A stretch of DNA of 63,570 nucleotides, counting the filler, from a bacterium (GTDB taxonomy: Bacteria > UBP15 > UBA6099 > JAJRTR01), in assembly GCA_024278215.1 (NCBI GenBank). It is 6 parts of 6 records of this genome, joined end to end, with 100 filler letters (N's around TTAATTAATTAA, not from the genome) between each part and the next. Parts side by side here need not be neighbours in the genome. Positions count along the whole stretch, not along the records: positions 1 to 24,815 come from JAJRTR010000046.1; positions 24,916 to 34,416 come from JAJRTR010000048.1; 4 more parts are not named here. The stretch is one strand, 5' to 3'. This document shows, piece by piece, positions 18,241 to 27,626 of the stretch; positions within the stretch are counted from its first letter, which is position 1; the number at the start of each line of letters is the position of its first letter. The notes beneath the pieces were generated by a model that saw only the letters and a program-made list of their open reading frames with translations, ran no database searches and had not been told where the DNA came from. The translations under genes were made by a program, and so were the position numbers.

Positions 18241-20031
18241 CTACTGCTGCGGCTGTGGCTGTGGCTGCTGCTTGATGCCCTGGAGACGGATGTCCGCCGG
18301 GTTCGACGCATCACCCAGGTCTGCATCCATCTTGTCTTTCATAAGTAATTGCAATGTTGCGGCGATCAGCTTGAAGCCCTTAAACTTGTCTTTGTCGCCA
18401 AAAAGGTCACGCTCCGCGCGAATGAAAAGCGTGTTGCCTTTTGCCATACACTTTACGCCTTTATCGCTCGCGCTGAATTTACCTTCGCGGAAACCGCGGG
18501 CGTCTATGATACTGCATTTCGGGATGCTGAGTGTATTGGCCAGCGGTGCATAAGCCAGCAGCGGCACCGAGCCCAGCATTTTGCTGATGTCGGCTTCCAG
18601 CTCGAGAGTATCATCGAGCAGGATGAAACCATAGATATTGATGATCCGGTTGCGCGGGTCCCTGTCGCCTTCGCTGAATACGCCGTCGACTATTGTCCTG
18701 AAATAGAAGTACTTATCGTCATAAGCGAAGTCTATAGAACGGAGGTCCATATCGTCGATAGTCGTTTCGGACGGATCGTCCGGGTCGACGGCAGCCCTGT
18801 AGAACGGGATGTCGCCGGGCGACACTTTCGCGCCGAGCGCCGGATTGATCTCATGAATCGACGGCAGCATCGTCACGCTTGAGCGCACCGGGTCGCTGGC
18901 TGAGAGGATGCAGTTGGCGGCGGTGGCGGGCATCGCGGCGGACCAGTCCCGTTCGTCAAAGAAATCGGCGATGAGGCGTACTCTGTCGAGCGCGGCTCCT
19001 GATGTGTCGAAGCAATCCAGCGTGACACCGGTTATGCCCGCCTCGAAGGCTTTCGGGTTGCTGTACGCTTGCAGTTTTATCTGCTTGTCTTTGATAGCGA
19101 TATTATCAATAATGGGTGTGTTGAAGTGCCTGTACCCGGCGAATGGGTATTCGAGTGGCAGGTTCGATTTTGGTGATCTGAAATCGATGATGTCTTCGGT
19201 GTTGGGGGCCACGAGCACGTCGAGCACATTGTTGTCCTGCACTTCCACAATATTAAAGTGATAAAAGCCGCCGCTCATTGAATTATAGAACCGCTCACCC
19301 AGGGGGTCGGGCTCCGCGCCGCCGCAACCGATCATCATATAGGTCGTCTCGTTGCGCACGAAACGGTCGTAAGCGTGAACATGGCCGAAGTAGACACGTT
19401 CCACCGCGTACTTGTCCATCAGCTTGAAGAACTTCTCAGTCGTACCGCGTCCCATGCCGTGGTTCCACATGCGGATGCCCGGCGGCGCATGCATGAAAAG
19501 GAACCTTTTTTTATCGGTCTGCAACAGGCCTTCTATCCATGCGAGTTGCTCATCGGTGATGGTATATCCGCGTGCCGCGGCGTTGTCGAAATAGATAAAA
19601 CGGCTGTTGCCTACGTCGAAGTAGCCGTCTGTCGGGCCGAACATGTGCACGTACCGCTCGAGCCCGCCCTTGACATGCGCCTCGTGGTTTCCGACAACAG
19701 AAATATATGGAACCCGCACATCTTTTATCTGGTCATAGTAATGCTCGTACTCGCTCTGTTTTCCTGAATGCACAAGGTCGCCCACATTGATTATAAACAG
19801 AGGTTTCATGTCCTGCGCGAGGTCCATGAGATATTCGAACATGGCATCGCCGTCACGCGTGTCGCCGATTACGACGAACCGGAATCTGTCCGGCTGGTCT
19901 GCCGGCTGGGGCGCGATCCTGTCGATCTGGGTAGTGTTCAGAAATTGAGGCAGGTCTGAAACTTCGACCGCGCCGGCAACAAATGCAGACAGGAGAATTA
20001 CCGACACAGCAATAATTGATATTCTTTTCAT
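18241..20031 (-). CDS. Secreted calcineurin-like metallophosphoesterase with C-terminal extension
   Basis: Signal peptide; GDTR, GDLV, GNHE, HAPP and GHVH motifs. Confidence 0.85.
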   Translation of the reverse strand: MKRISIIAVSVILLSAFVAGAVEVSDLPQFLNTTQIDRIAPQPADQPDRFRFVVIGDTRDGDAMFEYLMDLAQDMKPLFIINVGDLVHSGKQSEYEHYYDQIKDVRVPYISVVGNHEAHVKGGLERYVHMFGPTDGYFDVGNSRFIYFDNAAARGYTITDEQLAWIEGLLQTDKKRFLFMHAPPGIRMWNHGMGRGTTEKFFKLMDKYAVERVYFGHVHAYDRFVRNETTYMMIGCGGAEPDPLGERFYNSMSGGFYHFNIVEVQDNNVLDVLVAPNTEDIIDFRSPKSNLPLEYPFAGYRHFNTPIIDNIAIKDKQIKLQAYSNPKAFEAGITGVTLDCFDTSGAALDRVRLIADFFDERDWSAAMPATAANCILSASDPVRSSVTMLPSIHEINPALGAKVSPGDIPFYRAAVDPDDPSETTIDDMDLRSIDFAYDDKYFYFRTIVDGVFSEGDRDPRNRIINIYGFILLDDTLELEADISKMLGSVPLLAYAPLANTLSIPKCSIIDARGFREGKFSASDKGVKCMAKGNTLFIRAERDLFGDKDKFKGFKLIAATLQLLMKDKMDADLGDASNPADIRLQGIKQQPQPQPQQ

Positions 20032-20126
20032 ATATATAACCTCCCTGATGCTCACGATAAATTATATATTCCCTGCATCCCATTTCAATGGTTGCTGATA
20101 ATATCACACGCATCGTCCGGTGGATT

Positions 20127-20152
20127 GAAGCTCCCCGCGGCAAGCTGCGGGG
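20127..20152. repeat. IS200/IS605-end-like GC hairpin remnant
   Basis: GAAGCTCCCCGCGGCAAGCTGCGGGG. No transposase nearby. Confidence 0.35.
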
Positions 20153-20200
20153 CGTTGGAGATGCGCCATTACCGCGTAAGCGGAAACCCATTTTCTTGTT

Positions 20201-20231
20201 GAGCCAATCAGCATGATTTTGCAATTGGCTC
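20201..20231. repeat. Minimal MITE family 1 remnant (ends only)
   Basis: GAGCCAAT-CAGCATG-ATTTTGCAATTGGCTC. Confidence 0.55.
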
Positions 20232-20339
20232 TTATTGTGAATGGAGTGCCTGGGAAAGCACTGAAGCGCCCAAAGAAAAGAGCCCCTCTGTTAAGAGGGG
20301 CCGGACAAAAAGTGAGGGTGATATGTCCAACGGGAAAGA

Positions 20340-20744
20340 TCACGCCGGAACCGATTGAGGGGTCCTGTTGGGGGTTAGGATGATCCTCACGGCATCCAGC
20401 AACTCTTCCACGTTGAAGGGCTTGGTAAAATACTTCTTCGCGCCGCATAAAAAACTTTTCATCTTTACTTCCAATGCTGTTTTCCCGCTTAAGATGAAAA
20501 CCGGCACTCTCTCGTCGCTTGATGCTTCTAATGAAACCTTTCGGCACAAATCGAAACCATCGCCGTCCAGCAGTATCAGATCAAGTAGAATAAGATCAAG
20601 CTCTTGTTCCCTTATGATCCTCTCTGCTTCGAGACGACTATCAGTAACTATCGCATTGTAACCTTCTGACAACAAAATATCAAGCAGAAGTTCCGCCATT
20701 TCCGGATCGTCTTCAACTAAAAGTATCTTTTTGGCCTCTTGCAT
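20340..20744 (-). CDS. Single-domain response regulator receiver
   Basis: ILLVEDD, DLILLD, DGFDLC, PVFILSG, KPF. Confidence 0.9.
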   Translation of the reverse strand: MQEAKKILLVEDDPEMAELLLDILLSEGYNAIVTDSRLEAERIIREQELDLILLDLILLDGDGFDLCRKVSLEASSDERVPVFILSGKTALEVKMKSFLCGAKKYFTKPFNVEELLDAVRIILTPNRTPQSVPA

Positions 20745-20893
20745 TTGTTTTCCCGGCCAGTACTGTATTAACATCCTTTTCCTTTTCGCTCAAACGTGCC
20801 CACCTGCAACTGCTCTTACACATCAAGCAGGATGCTTCTATGATGTGTATTACCCCGTAATTGCGATACTCAAACAAAAAAAACAAATCTTTG

Positions 20894-21072
20894 GAGCCAA
20901 TTGCAAAATTCTGATTCGGCGGCGGTCGGCTGCAATTGTCAACAGCTGCATTGTCGGCACAAAATCTTCCTCGACGTACTCTACAAGTATGCCTGCGGGG
21001 ATTTTGCACCTCTGCTTTGCTTTAGACCAATTTCGCTCGACCTCGCTTCGAACATAATTTTACAACTGGCTC
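20894..21072. mobile_element. MITE family 1, copy B
   Basis: GAGCCAATTGCAAAATT...AATTTTACAACTGGCTC, with TTTG on both sides. Confidence 0.85.
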
Positions 21073-21296
21073 TTTGGTAACACTTTAGACGCTATCCGAA
21101 GTAAAGTCGCGGAATTCCGGGGACATGACTGGAATTTGTCATTTAATTCCGGATCGTCCCCAGGAAAAACTTAACATGGACGTTCACAGGACTTGCGGAA
21201 CAGTAGCGGGCATGATAAGGTGACTACAGAATATAAACACGCCACTGAAGGGAACAGCGGCATTTCACACAGAAAAACTGTTCGAGGAGACAAACT

Positions 21297-22463
21297 ATGA
21301 AACTACCGGAGTATTTCGAATTTCACGACAGGACAAAAGTAATATACGGACAGGGAACAATCAAACAAACAGGTGAAGAAGCACAAAAACTAGCCGGAAC
21401 TAAAGCACTGGTTGTCACGGACCAGCCGATAAAAAAACTGGGCTTCGCGGACACGGCGGCGGCGAGCCTCGATAAATCGGGTATAGAAACAGCGCTTCTC
21501 ATAGACGATGTCCCGCAGGACTCCGACGCCGACATGATAAACGACATAGCCGCCCGCGCAAAAGCCGCCGGTGTCGATATATGTATTGCCGTGGGCGGCG
21601 GAAGTGTGATCGACACTACCAAAATGTCGAATCTCATCCTGTCCGAGGGCGGCGACCTGCTGGCCGACCACCAGGGGACATTTCTCCAATCTAGGCCACT
21701 GGGCCCAATGATCGCTGTCCCCACAACAGCGGGCACGGGAAGTGAGGTCACATTCGCCGCCGTGATCAAAAGCAAGGCGCAGAATATGAAAGTTTCATTC
21801 GTCAGCCATTTTTTCGCGCCCAACACGGCCATACTCGACCCCGAGGTAACCCTCACCCTCCCTCCGACCCTGACCGCCGGCACCGGAATGGATGCCTTCA
21901 CTCATGCCGTCGAATCGCTCCACAGCCTGCAATCTCAGCCTATCGCCGACGCACTCGCCGCCGACGCTGTGCGACGCATATATGAATACCTTCCCAAAGC
22001 CGTCGAGGACGGCTCGAATATCGACGCGCGCGGCCAGATGCTCATCGCATCCTGCATCGCGGGCCTCGCGTTTTCAAACGCGCTCGTCGGCATCGTCCAC
22101 GGCATCGCACACTCGGTCGGTGCCATCGCGGGTGTGCCCCACGGCCTCGCGAACTCGATCATTCTCCCTTACGGCATGGAGTTCAATATCGACTTCTGCG
22201 CTGAAAGATACGCCATCGCCGCCCGCGCCATGGGTGTCCCGCCGAGCGGGGACGCAATGCGGGACGCCGGGGCCGCCATTGATAAAACACGGGAACTGAT
22301 CGCCGCTGTCGGCCTGCCGACGAAACTCAGCGAGGTCGGCGTCCGCGAAGATCAGCTCGACTCGATTGCAGACCTGACACTCGGCGACGGAACCGTTTTC
22401 ACCAATCCGCGAATGGTCTGTGACACCGACGAAGTGCTCGAAATACTTAAGAAGGCTTTTTAA
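21297..22463 (+). CDS. Iron-containing alcohol dehydrogenase
   Basis: GGGSVID, PTTAGTGSE, GMDAFTHAVES, HGIAH, PHGLAN. Confidence 0.95.
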   Translation: MKLPEYFEFHDRTKVIYGQGTIKQTGEEAQKLAGTKALVVTDQPIKKLGFADTAAASLDKSGIETALLIDDVPQDSDADMINDIAARAKAAGVDICIAVGGGSVIDTTKMSNLILSEGGDLLADHQGTFLQSRPLGPMIAVPTTAGTGSEVTFAAVIKSKAQNMKVSFVSHFFAPNTAILDPEVTLTLPPTLTAGTGMDAFTHAVESLHSLQSQPIADALAADAVRRIYEYLPKAVEDGSNIDARGQMLIASCIAGLAFSNALVGIVHGIAHSVGAIAGVPHGLANSIILPYGMEFNIDFCAERYAIAARAMGVPPSGDAMRDAGAAIDKTRELIAAVGLPTKLSEVGVREDQLDSIADLTLGDGTVFTNPRMVCDTDEVLEILKKAF

Positions 22464-22537
22464 CTATGACCGGTATCGGGAAGGTTTAAGAAAAACAATT
22501 CACCAATTGTCGATTTAAATTTATCGGGGAGGCTTTC

Positions 22538-22948
22538 ATGTCGGAAATATTCAAAGATTCGGAACATTTTTACAGTGTACTGTATCCTTTTTTTCTGAAA
22601 TTGCGGGACGACCCGAAAATGGGACCGGCAGTATTCGGCAGCGGACTGATCGTCAGGTTCGAGTACCATGATCCCGAGGCTGAAATAACAATCGATTGTC
22701 CCAACAACGAAGTCATCAAGGGCGAAACCGATGTCAAACCTGTTTTAACGATGACGATGAAGGCCGACGTGGCCCACAAGTTCTGGCTCGGCAAGATAAA
22801 TCTCGCGATGGCGCTTGTGAAAAGAGACATCGTCTCGAAAGGGCCGATGTCGGCGGCGATGAAACTGCTGCCGCGCATAAAGGGCGCATACCCCATGTAT
22901 AACGATTACCTGGTGGAAATCGGGATGGCCGATGCCAGGAATGCGTGA
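22538..22948 (+). CDS. SCP2 sterol/lipid-binding domain protein
   Basis: LTMTMKADVAHKFWLGKINLAMALVKRDIVSKG pattern. Confidence 0.75.
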   Translation: MSEIFKDSEHFYSVLYPFFLKLRDDPKMGPAVFGSGLIVRFEYHDPEAEITIDCPNNEVIKGETDVKPVLTMTMKADVAHKFWLGKINLAMALVKRDIVSKGPMSAAMKLLPRIKGAYPMYNDYLVEIGMADARNA

Positions 22949-23032
22949 TGTATATCTGAAGAAAACCCCCTGTCTCGCATATTTTACGAATCCGGGCTGT
23001 CTGTGATCCTGAAAACTATGCGGACAAAAAGG

Positions 23033-24553
23033 CTACAGAAGGTAGTTCAATCTCAACATGTAGTAATTATCGTCAAGAGAGATAGAAGCGTATGAAGTGC
23101 TCATATTTTCATCGTGTGATATATACGCCAGATCGAGGAGTACGTCCTCGTTTGGCCTGTGCCGTACACCGATGCTTGTTTCCGTGATGTCATAGTCGTA
23201 GTCGGTACTTCCGGTATCCACATCTGTCTTGAGATATTCAGCAAACAGGGATGTGAAAGGGGTCGATTTGTATTCGAGTCCGATGCCCCAGAAGCTGTTG
23301 GTGTCGGAACTGTCATAACCCGACTCCCACCCGGTGCCTGTGTAATGAATCCTGTCCCGACCGACTGTGCCGTGAAGGATCGCGTTGTCGCTCAGGACCA
23401 CCCCGCCGGCGAGTCCGTATACAATATCCCGGATCTTCCTGTTATCGTCATATCTGTTGTCGTTCCATGTGAGATAGATCCCTCCGCGCGTAGCGTTCTT
23501 GCTTTCTTCGCCACTCCACGGCCATGAATACTTTATGCCGATCTCGCTGGACTTCATAGACGGGTCCTGTATTTCAGGGCTACTGCCTGAGACGATCAAC
23601 CGGTCATGCCCCGTCGTATCTCTCGACACTACGCTGACTTCGACGTTCTCATCGAGTCCATAAGTGAAATAGTAAGAATTTATTTTTCTTTCCGAATGAA
23701 TTTCCATCGGTACACCAGATATAGCATATCGCGAGGATGCGCTGTATTTCTGATAGCCCCAGCCGACGCGGGCCGAGTCTTCATTGATCACATCGGCGGT
23801 GGGAATGAGCATAAGACCGGTGAGCCCGAATCTCGACACGCCGTTATTGAGATAGCGGGGGCCGTGTCTGGGCTGCTTCATTTTCGGCAGTTCACCTTCA
23901 CCTTTTCTTTTTACTTTAGTGCGGCCTTTCGAAGTGTCCTCTTTTTTGGCGATCTTCTTCTTTTCCGTTTTTCTCTTTTCGGTTGTTTTTTTCTTGCGCC
24001 GTTTGCTCGTTTTTCTCTTTTCGGATTTTGGCTCTTCCTCTTTTTCGCCCTTGAGCTTCAAATCCTCCACAACTACTTCTTCGTCACTTTTTTTTACTGC
24101 TTTCCTGCGTCTGCTGGACTTCCTGGCAATATCTTTCGGCGCTTCTTTTTTTGTGATGGTTTTTCTTTTCCGCGATGATCCTTCTTTAGAAGATACCTTC
24201 CTTGTAGATGAGGCTTTCTGCCCCTTCACCGCCGCCTTGAAGGTATATGTCATTCCTTCTTTTATCGTTCCTTCGGAGTCAAGCACTGTCGCGACAGAAG
24301 AATAGGTGTCAACCTTGATGAGGTGTATTCGCGCGATATTCGCGCCATCGGCATATATATCGTATTCCTGCCCCTCGGCAAGGCCTGCGCCCGTGCCGAG
24401 GTAAAACATCAGACTTCCATCCTCGAATATTATATTGATGCGACCTGAAAACTCCGCTACATCACAGCGTGCAGTCTGCGGTAGAAGCAGTGCCGCCATC
24501 AGTAAAAAAATACTGGCGAAAAGACATATTCTGCCTGTTTTTATAACGGTCAT
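23033..24553 (-). CDS. YjbH-like outer-membrane beta-barrel with an N-terminal small beta domain and Lys/Arg-rich linker
   Basis: Signal peptide, FGLTGLMLIPTADV, amphipathic strands, C-terminal YMLRLNYLL. Confidence 0.6.
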   Translation of the reverse strand: MTVIKTGRICLFASIFLLMAALLLPQTARCDVAEFSGRINIIFEDGSLMFYLGTGAGLAEGQEYDIYADGANIARIHLIKVDTYSSVATVLDSEGTIKEGMTYTFKAAVKGQKASSTRKVSSKEGSSRKRKTITKKEAPKDIARKSSRRRKAVKKSDEEVVVEDLKLKGEKEEEPKSEKRKTSKRRKKKTTEKRKTEKKKIAKKEDTSKGRTKVKRKGEGELPKMKQPRHGPRYLNNGVSRFGLTGLMLIPTADVINEDSARVGWGYQKYSASSRYAISGVPMEIHSERKINSYYFTYGLDENVEVSVVSRDTTGHDRLIVSGSSPEIQDPSMKSSEIGIKYSWPWSGEESKNATRGGIYLTWNDNRYDDNRKIRDIVYGLAGGVVLSDNAILHGTVGRDRIHYTGTGWESGYDSSDTNSFWGIGLEYKSTPFTSLFAEYLKTDVDTGSTDYDYDITETSIGVRHRPNEDVLLDLAYISHDENMSTSYASISLDDNYYMLRLNYLL

Positions 24554-24815
24554 AGTGTCTCCATATAGAAATTGCTTGTTTCTCATCCTGTTCAGCTTTT
24601 CAAAGTCTACTTGGCACCCTGTTGCCTGTCAAGCAGACATTGAATGCGGTCGGTCGGATTTCTCACAAAGAAACTCAGGACTCCTGACCTGGAGGAAAAG
24701 AGTTTGACACCAGTTCGTAGACGAGGCGAAGGTTTGTGTTGGGATAACGGGTCTGTGATTCGTTGAGAGTTTCGATCAGGGTGAGCAATGCGTTGTCTGA
24801 GGAGTGATTTGTGAG

Positions 24816-24915
24816 NNNNNNNNNNNNNNNNNNNNNNNNNNNNNNNNNNNNNNNNNNNNTTAATTAATTAANNNNNNNNNNNNNNNNNNNNNNNNNNNNN
24901 NNNNNNNNNNNNNNN
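24816..24915. other. Artificial contig linker
   Basis: N-run/TTAATTAATTAA/N-run, 100 bp. Confidence 0.98.
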
Positions 24916-25097
24916 CTACTTCCACTGCGGCGGTCTCAATCTTTATCCGGAAATAGCTCAATGAAAGGAATTATCATGCGCTCGGACTTGCACCACAACA
25001 TCTTGTGGCTACCCACTCAAAACCCGGAAGCGCGAATTGTAAAGCTGCTCGTCGACGGCTATGGCTATTGTTAAACAATAAGTGCTATAATCACGAT

Positions 25098-26084
25098 ATG
25101 ACTGAACGAACTGATCTGAATATTGTTTTTCTTGACACATCCACACTTGACAGGGGCGACATATCTTTCGAGAAATTCACGTCGCGCTGGCATTGCACAT
25201 TCCATGACCGGACAACACCGGCTGATATGCCTTCGAGGCTCGAGGGTATGAATGTCGCGGTGACGAATAAAGTCGTCATCGACAGGGCCGCCATGAGCGC
25301 TGTGGAGGCAGGCAGCCTGGAGCTTATCGCTATCGCCGCCACCGGCACGAACAATGTCGATCTTACATCTGCCGCCGAGCGCGGACTGCCCGTGTGCAAC
25401 GTGGCGGGCTACTCAACCAGTTGTGTTGTGCAGCAGACTTTTGCATACCTGCTGGAGTTCTTCTCGAACATCAGCGGCTATGCCCGGGACGTGCGGGAAG
25501 GCGCGTGGGAAGCAAGCCCCATCTTCACATTACTGTCGCGTCCGGTGTCAGAGTTGCGCGGCAAGATCATCGGCATAGTCGGGCTCGGCGCAATCGGCAG
25601 CGGTGTGGCAACAATCGCAGAAGCATTCGGCATGAAGGTGCTTGTCGCAGACCGGCCCGGCTCGAAAAGGCCTGTTCCGAGCGGTCGCACAGCACTGGAT
25701 GAAATGCTGCCGCGGGTGGACGTGCTTTCTCTGCACTGCCCGCTCACCGCACACACCGAGAACCTCATCGGCGCAGCCGAGCTGGCGAAGATGAAACCCA
25801 CATCTATTCTCATAAACGTAGCGCGCGGCGGCATAGTCAATGAAGAAGCGCTCATACAGGCCCTGCGCCTCGGGAAGATCGCCGGCGCGGCCACGGATGT
25901 GCTTACCACCGAACCGCCCCCGGCGGATCACCCGATGATCGTCGCGGCGAAAGAACTCGATAATCTCATCGTCACACCCCACACCGCCTGGTCATCGCTC
26001 GAAGCGCGGCAGTTGCTCGTCGACGAAATAGCCGACAACATCGACGCTTTCCTCAAGGGCGAAAGCCGCAACCACGTCGCGTGA
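25098..26084 (+). CDS. D-2-hydroxyacid (glycerate/hydroxypyruvate-type) dehydrogenase
   Basis: ATGTNNVD, GIVGLGAIG, LHCPLT, INVARGG, DVL..EPP, TPHTAW. Confidence 0.93.
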   Translation: MTERTDLNIVFLDTSTLDRGDISFEKFTSRWHCTFHDRTTPADMPSRLEGMNVAVTNKVVIDRAAMSAVEAGSLELIAIAATGTNNVDLTSAAERGLPVCNVAGYSTSCVVQQTFAYLLEFFSNISGYARDVREGAWEASPIFTLLSRPVSELRGKIIGIVGLGAIGSGVATIAEAFGMKVLVADRPGSKRPVPSGRTALDEMLPRVDVLSLHCPLTAHTENLIGAAELAKMKPTSILINVARGGIVNEEALIQALRLGKIAGAATDVLTTEPPPADHPMIVAAKELDNLIVTPHTAWSSLEARQLLVDEIADNIDAFLKGESRNHVA

Positions 26085-26149
26085 AATTTCCGCATTTCTT
26101 TGTGAGGATTCCGGGCCGGGGGCAATACATTGCAGTCCCTCATATAAAA

Positions 26150-26318
26150 GAGCCAATTGTAAAATTATGTTCGTAGCGAGGTCGAACGAAATTATTCAGA
26201 AACAAGGCGGAGGTGCAAAATCCCCGCAGGCGTACTTGCAGAGTACGTTGAGGAAGATTTTGTGCCGACCACGCTGCTGTTGACAATTGCAGCCGAATCA
26301 GAATTTTGCAATTGGCTC
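26150..26318. mobile_element. MITE family 1, copy C
   Basis: Same TIRs, AAAA on both sides. Lies between convergent genes. Confidence 0.85.
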
Positions 26319-26324
26319 AAAAGA

Positions 26325-27302
26325 CTATTCCTCGAACGGGAGCGACATGTAGATTTTATCCCAGCCTTTAACTTTTACCGTGTTGTAGAATTGCTTTAAA
26401 CCGGAAAAGTCGACATCGCCGGCGGAGACCCAGCGACCTGCGGTCTGCCTGAAATAATTGTGGAACGGTGCGAAGTCCGCATTCTCGTGCATGTTGTAAA
26501 GTACATTTTTAATTCTTTTAAGGGGTTTTTCGCCAAAGCCGTCGCGCACGACGATAAGTGTGTTGGGGAAAGGTTTTGAACATGCGATGGGCAGGGCTTC
26601 CACCAGACGTTCGTCGGTTTCGAGCATCACATATTTCATGCTGAGCTCGTCGATGACCACAGCGTCCACTGCGTTGAAAAGCAGCGCGAGCGCTGAAGAT
26701 TCGCGATTGAGCCGATGAAAATTATGGAAAAGATAGTGGGGCGCGAATTCGTATTTCTGTTCTTCAAAAATATTGTTCAGCAAAGCCCAGGCCGATTCGT
26801 CGGGAATGGCGATTCTTTTTCCGAAAAGCGAATCGAGCATCTGGTCGGCGCCCGGGTCGATTGATTCGGGCATCATGTATATACACGTCTTCGAGGAGGT
26901 TTCGCCCACGCTCTGGTAGACGGCAATGGGGTGGATGGCGGATTTTTCGCTGCCGTACTGCGACTGCATGTAGTAGTATGAGGGCAACCATGCGACGTCG
27001 ACGCTACCGTCTTCGAGTTTTTCGATTACGTCCGTCCAATTGTTAAATTTTTTGATTGTGATGTTGAGGCCATAATCTTTTTTTAGGATTGCCTGGAGCC
27101 TGAGAAGATCGTCCCAGATAATGACAGAGCCGCGACCGAGCAGCGATGTCGACAGGTTCATTGCGAATGTCACATTATACGTTTCCGCGACGGTTGTTTT
27201 TTCCGCCGCCGCCGGTTCGCCGATGCAGCACAGGGTGAAACATGCAATAAAAAATATTGCGGCGATGATGTGCCCTGATATCCGGATGCCGTTTGTGCTC
27301 AT
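26325..27302 (-). CDS. PhnD/SsuA-like periplasmic substrate-binding protein
   Basis: Signal peptide; F..WTDVIEKL..GSVDVAWL, LFGKRIA, ALLFNAVDAV, SKPFPN..IVVR. Confidence 0.65.
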   Translation of the reverse strand: MSTNGIRISGHIIAAIFFIACFTLCCIGEPAAAEKTTVAETYNVTFAMNLSTSLLGRGSVIIWDDLLRLQAILKKDYGLNITIKKFNNWTDVIEKLEDGSVDVAWLPSYYYMQSQYGSEKSAIHPIAVYQSVGETSSKTCIYMMPESIDPGADQMLDSLFGKRIAIPDESAWALLNNIFEEQKYEFAPHYLFHNFHRLNRESSALALLFNAVDAVVIDELSMKYVMLETDERLVEALPIACSKPFPNTLIVVRDGFGEKPLKRIKNVLYNMHENADFAPFHNYFRQTAGRWVSAGDVDFSGLKQFYNTVKVKGWDKIYMSLPFEE

Positions 27303-27486
27303 GATCTCCAGCCGGTGTGGAATGTCGCAGTGCGCCGCGGTCCCAGTCTCACCGCCTTTCATTGTACAATTACTTTCACCCGTTGTAAACTTACAGAGAC
27401 AGAGTAAAAGTCAGGTATTATGAAAAATGAAGTATCCTGTAATTTCAGGACACAAGAGCGACGACGACATCAATGACAGTAGAAAA

Positions 27487-27592
27487 GAGCCAATTGCAAA
27501 ATTATGTTCGTAGCGAGGTCGAGCGAAATTATTCAGAAGCAAGGCGGAGGTGTAAAATCCCCGTAGCAGAATCAGAATTCCGCAATTGGCTC
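27487..27592. mobile_element. MITE family 1, copy D (internally deleted, 106 bp)
   Basis: Both TIRs retained, AAAA flanks. Sits in a divergent promoter region. Confidence 0.85.
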
Positions 27593-27626
27593 AAAAGAAG
27601 AAATCTGTGAATAGCCGAGTGATGAC

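Noticed and set aside
18241-18275. (GCTGTG)n microsatellite encoding QPQPQPQQ
   Set aside because: Short, in frame and at the extreme C-terminus; no phase-variation consequence.
24816-24915. TTAATTAATTAA palindrome within N-runs (five occurrences)
   Set aside because: Artificial all-frame-stop linker between contigs, not biology.
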